A DNA stretch of 64,000 bases from Eledone cirrhosa (GCA_964016885.1 OZ024740.1:134788001-134852000), one strand, 5' to 3'. Shown: positions 39,600-53,166, counted from the first letter of the stretch. The notes: generated by a model from the sequence alone, not told the origin. Numbers and translations: made by a program.

Positions 39600-41523
39600 C
39601 ATTAAAGTGTCTGAGTATGAGAAAAAACATTAGTGTATTTATTTGGTAGAAATTGACAGGCACACTACTATTTTCTCCTCTAAACTACCTTTGAATCAAT
39701 TTTATCTTAGGATACCTTTTAACTCTTAGAACCTTGTAATGATTTAACTGAAAATATTTAAAAACTGGTTTGTTAATTTAAATGTTTATAGTATCTTTTG
39801 CAGTGAACAGATTGTTGTGAAAATTTGTAGTAAACTTAAGCAAAACCTTTAATTTTTAGTAAAATGCAGTTATGTACCTTTTAAGAATGTTTGCTAATGC
39901 TGGTTCCCCCAAGATACTAGAAGTTAAAAGTTAAAGGAACTAATTTCTTGACAAATATTAAGCTCAAGATATTACGATATTTTAAATCATCATTTAACGT
40001 CCATTTTCCCTGTTAGCAAAGGTTGGGTGGATTGTCACAGACCAAGTCAACACCTAATCAAGACTTCTCAAATAGGCCACCTATAGAGTATACTGGGTGC
40101 ATTTTATCGTTGTTACTAGCAAAAACTGTAACACAAAAACAAACAGATATTCCCAAAGATAACTTTTTTTAATATAATTTGTGTTCTCATTCCAAAACTT
40201 TTCTTATAAATAAGTAATCCCCTCTCCATTCATACATTGACTGCTGTTGTTTTCTTACTACAAGGTAGCTGTGACATGCATGTTTATAATAATCAAGTGT
40301 TATTTTAATACTTAACATTAAAAGTTTATGTTTGTAGGAAATAAATTAATATATCATTGCTGTATTGATAATATCTATTGCATAGGATATAATCCTTATC
40401 ACATATGATATGAATATGATAAAACAACTTTTTATTACGTGTTGGACTATAAATATATTTCAATGTGGTTAATAGCTTTTATAAATAGAAATAAACTAGG
40501 ATAAAATGTTTAATTATGTATTTGGGATCTCCTTTCCAGCTAGTTCAAGTTCAGCCTGTTTTGTAGTTACTTTTTTTTTTTTAATAAACATATAATCTAG
40601 CTAATTTCACTAGATAAGTTAATTCCTTTTTATCAATATTGCATAATGAATATTCTGAATGTGTTTCATCTGATTATTTGGTATAGATTTGACTTTTTTA
40701 TATGTGTGAATTTACCCCCAAAAGCAATTTCTGATGCAAATCAAGAATTTGAGGCATCAGTTCTGTAAAACTCAAAGAAGTAATATATCTATTGGACTGC
40801 TGAACAATGGGACATAAACAAACAGCACTAGTTGTTTTAAAAACTCAACAGAAAAGTGCTAAATATACGTATTAACATCTTGTATGCACACACACACACA
40901 CACAACAGGCTTTTGCAAAGTTTCTGTTTATCACAAGACATTAGTCAACCAGAAGCTATAGTAGAAACACTTACCTGGGATGCCACATGGAGAGATTGAA
41001 CCCCAAACCTTGTAGTTGTGAAAGAAACCTTTTAACTATACAACCATGTTCATGTGTATCTAGTTTAGATAGGAAGTCTATCATGATGCCTGTAGGGAAA
41101 ATTACCTTAAAACGCTAGTTTTATATATATGTATGCACAAGCATACATATATATCCTTACTTCATATTCATGAAGACCCATTTGTCAGTGTGGCACTTTG
41201 GGAATTTAATGACATTGAATATGTATCCCACAATCTTATATTCAAGTGTGTTTCACTGATTTAACACCAACTTCAGGTGAGCAATTTCCTGTTGAACATA
41301 CAGGGACATATCTTTTAGCAGTTTTCTTAGATAATCATAGCTGTATAAGTTTATATCAATTTCATCTTTCAATATCTTCATGTATACCTATTCCTAAATA
41401 CTTTCAATTAATATATACACTTTTCTATCTCAAGTTTTCTTTTATTTACATTTTTTCCTGTATATTGTATTCAATATTTCCTTGTCATTATCATATGTTA
41501 AATGATGGTTTATTTATGTATAT

Positions 41524-43135
41524 ATCATCATTTAATGTCTATTTTTCAAGCTTGCATAGATTAGAAAAGTCAGGTCAGGTGACCATATCTTACTCATATG
41601 GAACTTTTTCTACGTAGTTTTCTATGGCTGGATGCCCTTGCTGATGCCAACCATATTACAGCAGGAACTGGGTACTAGGGTGGACTAGGTGTTTTATCAT
41701 TGTGGTACCAGCATGACCATCCATAGGATGGACTGGGAACATTTTGTTATCAGCAAAACCACCTTACAGTGTGGCTTAAGTGCTTTTTGTCGTAGTGGCA
41801 GGACTATGGGAGAGCAGGTGTAAAGTGTGTCCAGCTTTCCATGCTTGCATGCATGGATCGGACAGGAGATGTGAAAGGATGGAGGGCAGTCAAACGAGTA
41901 TGCAGGCTGGGGATGGGTGAATGAGTATTAAAATGTGAGAAAGGGAGAAGATTGGTGCAGAATAGTGTCCTCTAAATGTTTGTTTTATCATGTGCACATG
42001 GAAAGGCAGGTTTTCTGCAGTACAGCATATCGCATGAGGTCTCGATCCTATGTCATCATCTTTGAAAGGATAAATTATGCAATGTCAGCTTTTATCACTT
42101 GATCCCAAGTTTTCCTGGATCTTCCATAGTTTGCTTCAACTTCAAGCACCCTGCAGCTTTTGATACAGCTGAGATCCTCCGTACACATCATATGTCCATA
42201 CCACTGCAATCTCCTTTCTTGCACACTGCATTTGATTCCTCTTATACCAAGTTTCTCTCTCAGTTCATTGACGCTTCACCATTCATGTATACTACTATTA
42301 CACCTACGTTGGAGCATGCAAGCTTAATTTCTTTCCAATCTTTGAATGACTTCTGCATACAGTGCCCAAGTTTCACTTCCATGCAACATTGTTGTTCAAA
42401 CACAAGCATCATACATTTGTAGCTAATAGTGGTAGTAGCTCCTTGATCTTTTCTATCCCTTTCTCGCTCTGACGACTGTACTTTCATAACACCCACCTCA
42501 CTGCTAATTTGGTCACTCAGGTAATAGAACCCATAGTTTGCATTTGGTACATAGGATGGAATTTCTGCCTGTTACTTCCTTGCACACCAAGACCATTTCC
42601 CTGAAGAAATCAGGGCCCTGTTTTCCTTTCTACTTACTAGAACTTTAGTTTTTGCCAAATTGATTTTAAGACCCTTTTATATCAAGCTATGCTTCCATGT
42701 TTGGAATTTCTCCTCTAATTCTGCCGTTGATAGGCTATGAAGGTTAGATCATCAGCATATAGGATTTCCTATGGGCAGCCAGTTTTAAACTCTTCTATTA
42801 TAGCCTGGATAAACAGAGGAGGGCAAAGAACTGAATCCTGGTGGACTCTACTTACAAACCACTCATCTACCGTTAGTTTTCTAAGAGCCCACCAGACTAT
42901 GAAATGGAAGAAACTGACAAATGCCAAGTAGAGGGTCTTATTTTTAGCTAGGTACTTCGCCTGCATTTGCCTCACAAGGAAGAAGGCATCAGGTTAATTT
43001 GGTCCATAATCAGATATGCAGTAACTCTTTCTATAACTTTCTTGACCTGGTCCATCAGTTTTATGCCTCTGTAGTTTCCCTGTCTAGTGCATCTCCTTTG
43101 CCACTATAGCAGTTGAGGATGTTGCTGCTATGCCC
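41524..43135 (-). mobile_element. Degenerate RTE LINE
   Basis: ORF 42769..42975 (QAKYLAKNK.LYLAFV, IQAIIEEFKTGCP); tail near 41524. Confidence 0.85.
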
Positions 43136-43219
43136 GATGTTGAGTGTGATACTATTTTAACTATCTTCCCAGTTTTGTTAGCTTTTGAAAGGGGTGCCTA
43201 AACAGTACATATTTAATAT

Positions 43220-43679
43220 CATCATCATCATCATCGTTTTACGTCCGTTCTTCCACGCTAGCATGGGTTAGACGGGTTGTCCTGTTGTGGGCAGTGTCTG
43301 GTCGGCTGACCATGCCTTGCTCATACAGGAACTGATTTGGCTTGATTTCTACAGCTGGATGCCCTTCCTAACACCAACCTCATTTACAGTGAGTGCTGGG
43401 TGCTTTTTCGTGGCGCCTACACGTCCACTTTACAGTGTGGGCTGGGTGCTTTTTTGCCGTGGCACCTCCACGACCACTTTGCAGTGGGAGGGTGTAGGGG
43501 CATATTGTCTATATGCTTCAGCTTGTACCCATGGGAGGTCGGGTACTCTGTATTACTGCGTGACGCCAGAGGTCACGGTCGTGTGTCATCGCCTTGGAGA
43601 GGTGTAATTGGGTAAGGTCGGCTTTTATCACTTCATCCCAGGTCATCTTGGGTCTCCCCACTCTGCGATTTCCATCGAC
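43220..43679 (-). mobile_element. Young 5'-truncated RTE copy with TSD TTAATAT
   Basis: Near-identical to 2843-3268 and, inverted, to 51870-52147. TTAATAT at 43213-43219 and 43680-43686. Confidence 0.9.
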
Positions 43680-43777
43680 TTAATATGTGTAAGGAAATTT
43701 TTTAGTAACCCTAAACAGTTGGAAATATTTTTTTGTTAATCTTTCAAGCTGATACACCATTTTCTCTATCTATTTCA

Positions 43778-43818
<41 letters not shown>

Positions 43819-44130
43819 CTTTATATGAAAAACATAAGATTTCATTTTGAAAGGTTTCAATTTAAAACTTTAATGGTATATGTTGCAATTCTTAACACTG
43901 AAATACCTTTTTGTAAATAATCAAGAATTTGAAGAGATTTAGTATCATAACTTCCTTTCTTATTATTAAGCTGGGTTTGAGAATATGACTTAAATGTTCT
44001 TACATACAATTATGTTAGAAGGTTTTTTAGATAAATACCTTGTGTCATAAAACCTGTGGCAGTTTCAGGTAGTTTTGTATGTATCCAAAGAGTTAATATA
44101 TGTTTCTGTGTGTGTGCATTTATATATATA

Positions 44131-44847
44131 CTAGCAGTGTATCCCGGCGTTGCACGGGTAAGAACATTGGTAATAGCACCTCCAATGAGAAACGTTTATT
44201 TGTGAGTGCCTGTTAAAAACTCACGAAAATATACCGACAGGAAACTTGTTTTATTTGGAGAAAATTAAGAAGTTGAAAGTACAGTTTAGCTGTCTACGTG
44301 CATTGTTCATAGAAATATTGTTGAGCCCCTTCTTTTCATACTCCTCTCTTTTGGCCTTTTGGAGTAAATGTGAAAGAGAAAGTCACAGGTTAAGTTGGCA
44401 GAAGGTTCCAGTGTCATAGCAGTAAGGCATAGGCTACTTACCTCAAAAGTTCATTCACATTCTTTCCACTAAGTTACTCTTTCTCTCTATCCCTCTTGGT
44501 GCAGTCCCTTGCGAATTTCTCACGTAGGCCTGGTGTAGATTTGCACCCGATCCATCTGCCCAATGCACATGTCCGCTTTGTACAGCTTTTGGAGGAAGGA
44601 GTGACCAGCAGTACGTTGTTCGGTATTATTACGGAAAGGCATACCAGAGAATCCCGCGTGAACTAACAGCTCGGGAGGAAACTGCTTACCTCGAATATTC
44701 ATTTGCCATCGTTCTTGTCAATGCTCCGTTTAGTTGGTATTTGTTGGTCTACAGTTAGATGAATGGCGCACAAAGGGTTAATGTTTATTGGCAAGAAGTG
44801 CAACTGGGCTGGCTTGCCTCGCTTATATTATATATTAAAATAACAGA
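44131..44847 (-). mobile_element. Non-autonomous Helitron
   Basis: Minus-strand 3' end: hairpin CCCGTGCAACGCCGGG, then 8 nt, then CTAG|T, inserted in (TA)n. A candidate A|TC 5' end lies at 44847 (uncertain). CpG is retained. Confidence 0.7.
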
Positions 44848-46087
44848 TTAAGTTTAAGCAAAGAATCATTGCTTTCACCCTTAACGGGATCTTCTGAAAC
44901 TAAAAAAATGAATCTATGAACGCAGAAGTAAATATTTCGAAAAACATTGCAACCGAAGGAAAACAGGAAGACGATACTTTGGTTCAGCACACACTGTAAA
45001 TGTGGTTGGTGTTAGAAAGGGTATCCAGCCATAGAAAACCAGCCAGAAATTCTCCTGTATGGGCGAGACACAGTCACCTGACCCAACTTCCCTCAAACCC
45101 GTCTAACCCATGCTAGCGTGGAAGATAGATGTTAAACGATGATGATGATTATATATATATATACATACATACATCTTATTTAGTCATGTATGACACACAC
45201 ACACACACCTCTAAATATGGGCAGTGAATCCCTGAGTATAATGCACACTGACTTTTGTTTAGTATTATGAACAAAGGAATGTTTAGTGAGATTTTATTAT
45301 AAAATGTTCACTCATCTTAAAACAAAACAAAAAGTGCATTTCAAAGGAACTGAACTTTGCTGGTGTAGGCCATAAAAGTGCATCTGCTGTAAAGTCAACA
45401 ATGATATTACCAACAAATCATATTACCATGTTTTCTAGAAAATCAGATGGATTTCAACAATGACAATATATGTAAAAAAGTTTATATTCAATTTAAGTAT
45501 TTAGTTTGTACAGTGATGCACAATTCATGTTACAGAACAAAGTATTTAACATTTAAATATGGATTTCATAAACCCCTCTGACTTTTTTATTATGCATTTT
45601 CTTTTTAAAAGCACACTTCAGATCTTTATGCTTTGAAATCAGACATTCAAGATCTGGTAAAAATATTTTTTAAATTAATACATTATAAATTTTCATGAAG
45701 TAAAAAAGCAAAAATGTTGATCCAGTGTTTTGTATGTAATTTGTGAGACATAAATTGCATTGACACCCACATAGATAGCATTTATTTGTAGTAGGAATTT
45801 CTGTCCAGATAAAAACAATAAATAACAATCTTTCATTGTTACTAATGTCAATTTTATTTTGTGATTACTTCATATCAACAATTAGCAAAATTTTGCTGTA
45901 TTTAGTAGGACATTGATTGATAGGAATTCCAATATGAGTATACTTATAATACATAATGAATGCACTGTTAGATAATTTGCACCCAACTTAGTGTTTTTAA
46001 TATTGTGGCTCCAGCCTTTGATCTGTATATAAGTTGTTCGTTACTTTTCATGAATGCTGTTTGTAGTTTTGCTTACAGTTGCATTTA

Positions 46088-46270
46088 AATAATTGTTTCT
46101 ACTTTTGGCACAAGGCCAGCAATTACCCAGTACATTACTGGTACTTTATTTTATTGACCCCGTAAGGATGAAAGGCAAAGTTAACCTCGGCGGAATTTGA
46201 ACTCAAATCATAAAGGGACGTAACTCTATGCTTCAAAACATGGTGTCCGACTCTCTACCGATACTGCTAA
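46088..46270 (-). mobile_element. SINE family B with ~18-bp TSD
   Basis: Homologous to 26967-27152; CAGTTGCATTTAAATAAT at 46076-46093 and 46287-46304. Confidence 0.85.
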
Positions 46271-46735
46271 GAAATACTGCATATCCCAGTTGCATTTAAA
46301 TAATAAACAAATTTAGCTGAAATAATCTCATTTATTGCCTATATGCCTAGCAAAGTCCTGAAAGCATAGATATAGCAATGGCTATGATTTATAGCCATAT
46401 CAAACAGACTAGCCAGTGCTTTTAAATTTCTTTCAACCTGCATATCCCTAGTTGTTATTGTCTGTAAAAGTATGTAACATTTTATTGTTGGATATTGGAA
46501 TCTTGTTATTTCTAAGTAATTGAAGAATATCAACGGTAATTCAAAAGCTTTATAGGAGATGAGTGAAACAATTTCACCACTTAGCTTATGTATATTTAAC
46601 ATTTGAGGATTTACACTTTATACTTTGTTTTAGCTTTTATTATATTTTTTACACATATCACCCCTACCACACCCTCTGCTACTGCAGTACATTATAGTTC
46701 TTTCAAGCTTTAAACTCTTATTGCTTGATTACCAT

Positions 46736-46958
46736 TTAACCCTTTAACATTTAAACCAGCCGTATCTGACCAGAATTCCCTCACCTTTCTGTTCAAACAA
46801 GCTGTAACTGGCCACTCATAATGATGTTAAGGTATTGTTCTCAAAATAAATAATATCAAAATCTCATAGATTCGATATTATGTGAGGTAAAGCCTTTACT
46901 GTGAAAATATAATAGTATATATAATATATAGTATATTTAGTAAATGCTAAAGGGTTAA
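46736..46958. mobile_element. piggyBac MITE family P1
   Basis: Ends TTAA-CCCTTTAACATT ... AATGCTAAAGGG-TTAA. Confidence 0.88.
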
Positions 46959-47505
46959 TGCATATTTCTGCTTGGCTCTGTTAAACATTTGTGTTGTGAA
47001 ACATCTTACAAATTTGACACCCTTTCCATACACATATATGTGCATACATATAGAGGTAGTATAAGATTTGCTTTGCATTCATGTGATTCAAGTTCTATCT
47101 CACTGCATGACATTTGGAGCAAGTGTCTTTGATTATAGACTCAGGCTAATCATTACTATGAGTAAAACAGGTAGATTGAAACTACAATGTCCATCATGTA
47201 TGTGTGTGCGTGTCTCTGAATTTTCATTTGACAATACTGATAGTGATCTTTGTTTATGTCCTGCATAAACAGATGTTCTGCAGTTAGGCAAGTGAAGATC
47301 TGTACTTTAAAGTGATAGTTAGTGTCAGATATTCATCATTATCGTCATTTAATGTCCATTTTCCGTGCTCGCATAGGTGTCTTGTCTAACTGATGCCAAC
47401 ATAGAAAAATAATCATAAGAATGACGATAATGAATTAAATCATGTTAATTATTACTAATTTCTTAATATTTCATCTTTCAGAGATTTTTAATTGTCTGTC
47501 AAAAG

Positions 47506-47536
<31 letters not shown>

Positions 47537-48029
47537 CAAGAATGTGTCTTTCACCAGCACATGGCATTTAGCCAGACTTTCTGTTAACATTAGGAAACAT
47601 AAGCCTTGTATTTTGTCTGATTGTTTGCACTTTACATGTTAACTTCCAAAACAGTAAATTTACCATTTGTCTCTAATACCTAATTCAAGCACTATTTTAT
47701 TTTTTGTTATAAACAGTTTAATAAATGTTAAATATGTAGAAATGTTGAAATAAATTACAAGATTTATCTCAATTTTCCTGTAATCATCGTATACATATCC
47801 AACAGAAAACACATTAGAAATAAGAAGCAAATTGGATATTCCATAAATAATTACCAATCTTATCATCTTATGTTAGCTGCACTTAATGTTGACCATTTTC
47901 CAATGTCTACAGGTTTGCTCAGTTCTTTGAAGACATCTTCAGGAATTCAGTAAAAGACATACAAGTCATGAAAGAAGAGAAAAAATTGGCATGAATCTGT
48001 CTTTAGAATCGATGACTACTTTAATATGA

Positions 48030-48970
48030 GGTTTGAAGCCTCAATATACCTGAATCAGATAATTTTAATCTATTTTGGTCATTGTACTAATTATAGCGGA
48101 CTTAAGAGATTTTATAGTGTTGTGGAGACATTTATTAACTTCCCCATACATGGTAGTCCAACAGATTAAGGTCTGGAGAGCTAGAAGGCCATATGTTTGG
48201 AGATTGTAAGTCATTCATTCTTGGATTGTCTTAGCCTTATGAGGTAGTGCAGAGTCTTGGTAAGAGTATGGTATTGCTTTGCTCATGCTCGCTAAGTTTT
48301 TACAACTCTCTCCAACACCTTATAGTCAACAGCATTGACTCTTTAGCTGTGAGGAGGCATGACATTGCCCTCATTGCTCACAACTCCCAGAACCATCTTA
48401 GTTGCTAGAACCTTTGTGTGCATGACCATTGGAATCCCTTTAGGATCTCTGCTTAACCATCTGTCAATCCTTTGGTTGACCTTTTGGTCCTGATCAAAGA
48501 TTTTCTCACCAAAGCATTCCAAGCTTTTGATGTTTCAACTTGCTCAACAAGCACTTTGCATGGATCAGACAGTTATCTTTTGTTTTTGCAAACATGAATC
48601 AGCTTTTCCACATCGCACATGACTTGTATTGGAGGTCCTTGTGCATAATTTTCCCAATAGTGTGTCTTGAAATCTTGAACTCCTTATCAATGGCGCTAAT
48701 TGACTTTCTGGGGTTCTCAATGATAATTTTCTGCACTTTTTGTACAAATTTGGGTGTTCTGATAGTATTATAATCCTTAGCAGGCATTTTACATCATTTG
48801 GCTACTGCTGTAGAATCCCCATTGGCAGCTTTCATCTGTCTGTAAAATTTGACAACAAATAACTGTGCAACTTTCAGGAAGCAAGCAATCTCTAAATCAT
48901 TATGCTCTTCCATTAAGGCAACGATTACAGTATGCCTTTTCATTTGCTGAGTTAGCTTGATATCTGTCAT
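48030..48970 (-). mobile_element. Fossil Tc1/mariner (maT/DD37D-like) transposase
   Basis: Remnants WPSSSPDLNLLDYHVWG and YQDSALPHKA plus the HTH region RTPKFVQKVQKIIIENPRKSISAI (ORF 48599..48787). Indels prevent exact DD-D spacing. Confidence 0.85.
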
Positions 48971-51839
48971 CATTTATCTTTAAAAGAAATGATAATCAGA
49001 AAAAGTAAGAACTATTAAAAGATGTGTCCTCAAAGAACTGATTATAAAACATTGCAGTGACTTCTGGCTTGTGTATAGGAACTTGTACCAACAGATAAAT
49101 ACCTTTGTAAAGGGTTAGAACCCAGCACAAATTAAAGATTTGAAATCATTGTATAAACCAAATTTAAATTATATCACTTGTGCTTGTCTGCATTGAGTGT
49201 TGCTCATATTTATCAGCATGTATGAATAAATATTTAAAAAAATTGTATGTATGTTAACAGAATAAGAGACATATCTCTATGCATGTTGAAGTCAGATTCT
49301 CAAATATACTGTTTTTCTGCTATGTAAGTAAAATAATGCTGTATATGTTCTTTGATGTGTCTTTTAATGTTATTTGTATTGTCTTGTCAAAATATTCCTG
49401 GGTAGCTACACAAATATGCATGAAAATTATGGATATAATTCAAGGAATGAAAATGGCACAAAGCTTCAGGCTTTCTGTGATGTAAATGAATTCACTATCT
49501 TGTTAAACAAATTTCAGGAAGCAATCCTCTAACAAATCCATCTTAGTGTCAGGCAGAGCCAAGCATTAGGAGAGACAAATTGCTTTATCCTATTTGGGGC
49601 ACCAAACAGAAACAAATGGTTAAGAATAGAAAGTCTGTTGCTGGTGAATATTTTACTCACACCATAGATTATTATTTACTAAGATTGTGATTAAAGTTGT
49701 GAAGATGAAAAATGGGAGTAGAATTTAAAGGATACCTTTGTGAAAGCCAACTTCCTCATTGTTGTAATACATTCTTGGATAGATAGATAAGAACAAAGTC
49801 CCAGCCAAGCAGGAGACAACATGCTAATAGAATAGGTTATAAGAATAGCACTATTTAATAATAGTTGTAAAGTGTTCTAAACAAACAAAAAAACAAGTCA
49901 AAATACACTTGAATGTTAGATGTGCATCTGAAATATGAGTTCATCACTTGTTCTCAGTGATAATGAATGTAACGTGGAATTATTACTGATGTTTATGTAC
50001 AATATATACAAATAAATGTATAGAAAAAAAAGGGTGGGTGCTGTTGTAAAGATGAGTATAAAGATGATGAACAAAGCAATTAAGAATTTGGAAAGTAACA
50101 GTTCCTTCAGGGTTAGTGCTTCAATATTAAATATCTCAGGTTGGATTTGTTCCATTAGTCAGTCAGTTAACATATTCACATTGACTTGCTTGTCAGTACC
50201 CATATGAACTACTCTTGAAAGGGGACATGTCAAGGTTCTTTAAGCTACTGAGCAGGCCAAGTATTGATGGTGGAAGAAAATAGAAATATTGAATCAGCTA
50301 TCATTAAAACGTCTGAGAAACCTCTTATGGGGTGCAGCCTTGTTAGAGGCTAGCTAAATCTGCATTAGTGTGAGCTGCAAATTTCATTTCCCTTGTTATA
50401 CAACTAGAAATCACCAAGAAAATTGATATATAAGCTACTTAGTGGGTCATGTGTTGGTGGCACAAAGAAGAAATATTTAATCAAATTTTTGTTTTAAAAA
50501 AAAAAGACTTAACAACTTAGCTTGGATTTACAAATTAACAAAACATAATGGCTCTATTGGCAATGTTAAGATACATTAAAAGAAGATAGATTATCTTGGT
50601 ATTTTTATATTTATACATCTGAACCTATTATTTCTAGGCTACAATTAGTAATGAAATGTGAAGGTGTGCAGAGTAGTGGATAATGTTGGACTCTCAGTCA
50701 TGAGTTTGATTCCTGAACTGAGTGGTACATTGTGTTCTTGATTATGAATAAAACCCCCAAGTAACCTCCCAGGAGGCTCCAGCTAGGATGTATAAGCTAC
50801 TGACTGGACCTGCATAGGTGTGAACTGCAAATTTTATTTCATTTCATTTTTCATGCAACTAGTAATCACCAAGAAAATGAATATATATTTTTAGATTCAG
50901 TTAAAGTAAAAATAATAGATTATTTGACTTTGCATATATAAATTATTGACAAAATAAGGCATAGAGAGAAATAATATTGATTTCTTCTTACTTGGCACCG
51001 GGGGTATAGGCAATTGAATCAATCTGACTTTAGTATAATCTGGTGCTTGTTTCATTGACTTGGTGGGGGGGGGGGGGGGGGGGGCTAAAATCAACCTTGG
51101 CATGATTTGAACTCTGGACTATGAGGTACCAAAATAGATACAGCAAATAATCCAATTCTCTATTCAAGATCCCAGTTGATTATTCTGCTCTCTCAGCTCT
51201 GTTGTTTACTTGGTTTATCTTTGGAATACAGGCAGGCTGAGAGAAAAAAAAATAGCTTAGAACTAAGAGAGGACATTGTTGATTATATGCATGAATGAAA
51301 CTTAGAACTGTTGTAACATGTCTAATCTGTAAACCAGTATAGAGTCTATTAATATCAATTCTAGCATATAATATCTGCTTGTCACTTTTGGAACACCAAA
51401 AGTATTTTCAATGAATTAAATAGCAAACTGATATTGGTTCTACAACAAAAAGCACCTAGTAGCCCCTATAAGGTGATCGTAAGCTGGTACCTTGAAAACG
51501 CTTCCAGTACACGCTATAATGTGATTGGTATTAGGTAGGGCATCCAGCCATAGAAAAGCAAGCAAGAAGTGGCCACTTGGCCTGTCTAGACACATAACAT
51601 GACAGTTCATCTAATCCATGCAAGCAAGGAAAATAGATTAATATGTTTACATTTACATTACTCTACATATACTATTGTACATAATATCAAATCCACGAAG
51701 TTTTGATGTTATTTATTCTAACAACAATACCGTAACATCAGTATGAGCAACTAGTTACGGCCAGTTTGAACAGAAAAAGGTGAGAGAATTCTGGCCAGAT
51801 ACGACTGGTTGAAATGCGAAAGGGTTTAACTGATGATGG

Positions 51840-51869
<30 letters not shown>

Positions 51870-51870
<1 letters not shown>

Positions 51871-52147
51871 GCCCCCACACCCCCCACCGCAAGGTGGTCG
51901 TGGAGGTGCCACGGCAAAAAAGCACCCAGCCCACACTGTAAAGTGGACGTGTAGGCGCCACGAAAAAGCACCCAGCACTCACTGTAAATGAGGTTGGTGT
52001 TAGGAAGGGCATCCAGCTGTAGAAATCAAGCCAAATCAGTTCCTGTATGAGCAAGGCATGGTCAGCTGACCAGACACAGCCCACAACAGGACAACTCGTC
52101 TAACCCATGCTAGCGTGGAAGAACGGATGTAAAACGATGATGATGAT
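51870..52147 (+). mobile_element. Young RTE 3' UTR/tail between (TA)n tracts
   Basis: Reverse complement of ~43220-43505; ends in (GAT)n. Confidence 0.9.
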
Positions 52148-52165
52148 ATATATATATATATATAT

Positions 52166-52514
52166 GGAGGCACATGGCTTAATGGTTAGAGCATTGACCT
52201 TGCAATCGAAAGGTTGTGAGTTCAATTCTCAGACCGGGTGATGTGTTGTTTCCTTGAGCAAGACACTTTATTTCACATTGCTCCAGTTTACTCAGCTGTA
52301 GAAATGAGATGATAGGGACTGGGGTCCCTATCATTCCACTGCAAAGTGGTCGTGGAGGTGCCACAGCAAAAAAGCACCCAGCACTCACTGTAAATGAGGT
52401 TGGTGTTAGGAAGGGCATCCAGCTGTAGAAATCAAGCCAGAATCAGTTCCCATCCCACCCTTGCAAGCAGGGAAAAGTGGACGTTAATTGAAATGATGAT
52501 GAATGAATGATGAT
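52166..52514 (+). mobile_element. Full-length tRNA-head CORE-type SINE (family A) with an RTE-derived 3' end
   Basis: A-box TGGCTTAATGG, B-box GAGTTCAATTC, CORE-like CCTTGAGCAAGACACTT...CAGCTGTAGAAATGAG, then RTE 3' UTR sequence and a (GAT)n tail. Confidence 0.85.
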
Positions 52515-52789
52515 ATATATAAGAGAGAGGGTATTTTTTAGTGTAAAAACTTATGAATGAAAGACAAATGCTTAGAGCATTTGTACAAATAACATTTTAG
52601 TTTCACAATTTCTTTTCTCTCTTTAATACTATATCTGTAGTATTAGAGTATGACTGATGTTATAAATCATTTTGGACCAATTCAATCATAGTGAAATATA
52701 TTGATCTTTATTTGTTTAATTTTCAAAATTAATATTCATTTCATCATTTTGTATAAGCATGATAAAATAAAAAAAAAAAAAAGAAATAT

Positions 52790-53072
52790 ATCATCATCAT
52801 CATCATCATTTTACATCCGCTTTTCCCTGCTTGCAAGGGTGGGACAGGAACTGATTCTGGCTTAATTTCTACAGCTGGGTGCCCTTTCTAACACCAACCT
52901 CATTTACAGTGTGGGCTGGGTGCTTTTTTGCCGTGGCACCTCCACGACCACTTTGCAGTGGAATGATAGGGACCCCAGTCCCTATCATCTCATTTCTACA
53001 GCTGAGTAAACTGGAGCAATGTGAAATAAAGTGTCTTGCTCAAGGAAACAACACATCACCCGGTCTGAGAAT
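52790..53072 (-). mobile_element. SINE family A, 5'-truncated inverted copy
   Basis: Reverse complement of ~52225-52500. Confidence 0.9.
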
Positions 53073-53166
53073 ATATATATATATAACGGAGGAGTTGTGG
53101 TAAGGAACCAGATGGACCATAACGCACCAGAGTACTCAATACTTAGGGTAGTAGAGTGGGTAATAG

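Noticed and set aside
43380-43490. CRISPR-like spaced repeats
   Set aside because: These are ~48-bp internal tandem repeats of the RTE 3' UTR in eukaryotic DNA, with no unique spacers or cas genes.
52166-52240. tRNA gene (also the heads at 54351 and 60723)
   Set aside because: A and B boxes are present but there is no full cloverleaf, and they continue into multi-copy SINE bodies.
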